Positions 63,922 to 64,000 of a stretch of 64,000 bases of DNA are shown piece by piece (the first letter of the stretch is position 1; the number at the start of each line of letters is the position of its first letter). A program made the position numbers and the translations under genes. The notes beneath the pieces are model-generated. The model saw nothing but the letters and a program-made list of their open reading frames with translations. It did no database searches and was not told the origin of the DNA. Source of the stretch: Raillietiella orientalis (lineage: Eukaryota); contig JAYWIR010000081.1 of NCBI GenBank assembly GCA_036172245.1, positions 1 through 64,000 on the forward strand. Direction: 5' to 3'.

Positions 63922-63956
63922 ATGCAATCTGGTCAATAGTATTACCCAGATTGCAT
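63922..63956 (+). promoter_or_regulatory. Rolling-circle origin stem-loop with nonanucleotide TAGTATTAC
   Basis: atgcaatctgg-tcaaTAGTATTAC-ccagattgcat: a perfect 11-bp stem with the nonamer at 63937-63945. Confidence 0.92.
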
Positions 63957-63970
63957 GCAGCTGACAAGGC

Positions 63971-64000
63971 AAAACCTTGGGAAAACCTTGGCAAAACCCG
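63971..64000 (+). repeat. Iteron-like direct repeats next to the origin
   Basis: aaaaccttgg g aaaaccttgg c aaaaccc, with an 11-nt period. Confidence 0.6.

Overview
This is eukaryotic nuclear DNA with no intact cellular gene; the mitochondrial insert has an arthropod-type gene order, so the host is probably an arthropod. All family calls come from motif recognition by eye, no searches were run, and boundaries are approximate unless a junction sequence is quoted. (1) 1-20.9 kb: decayed RLE-type non-LTR retrotransposons most similar to Utopia/NeSL. Three of them lie head-to-tail inside a 28S rDNA fragment, antisense to the rRNA and 14-15 nt upstream of an empty R2 site. One carries a partitivirus-like capsid fragment in frame with its ORF. 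(2) Six pieces of an APE-type L1/Tx1-like LINE family. (3) Two endogenous CRESS-DNA virus Rep remnants, one with a perfect TAGTATTAC origin stem-loop and iteron-like repeats. (4) About 14 kb of short, scrambled, pseudogenised Rickettsiales-like gene fragments (rpoB, rpoC, hisS, lpxB, virB11, traN, recG and others). (5) A NUMT (nad1-trnP-trnT-cob-nad6-nad4-trnH-nad5). (6) An unclassified 4-6 kb repeat in two inverted copies. The best candidate for an undescribed system is the Utopia-like retrotransposon with an apparently new antisense 28S or self-mimicking target.
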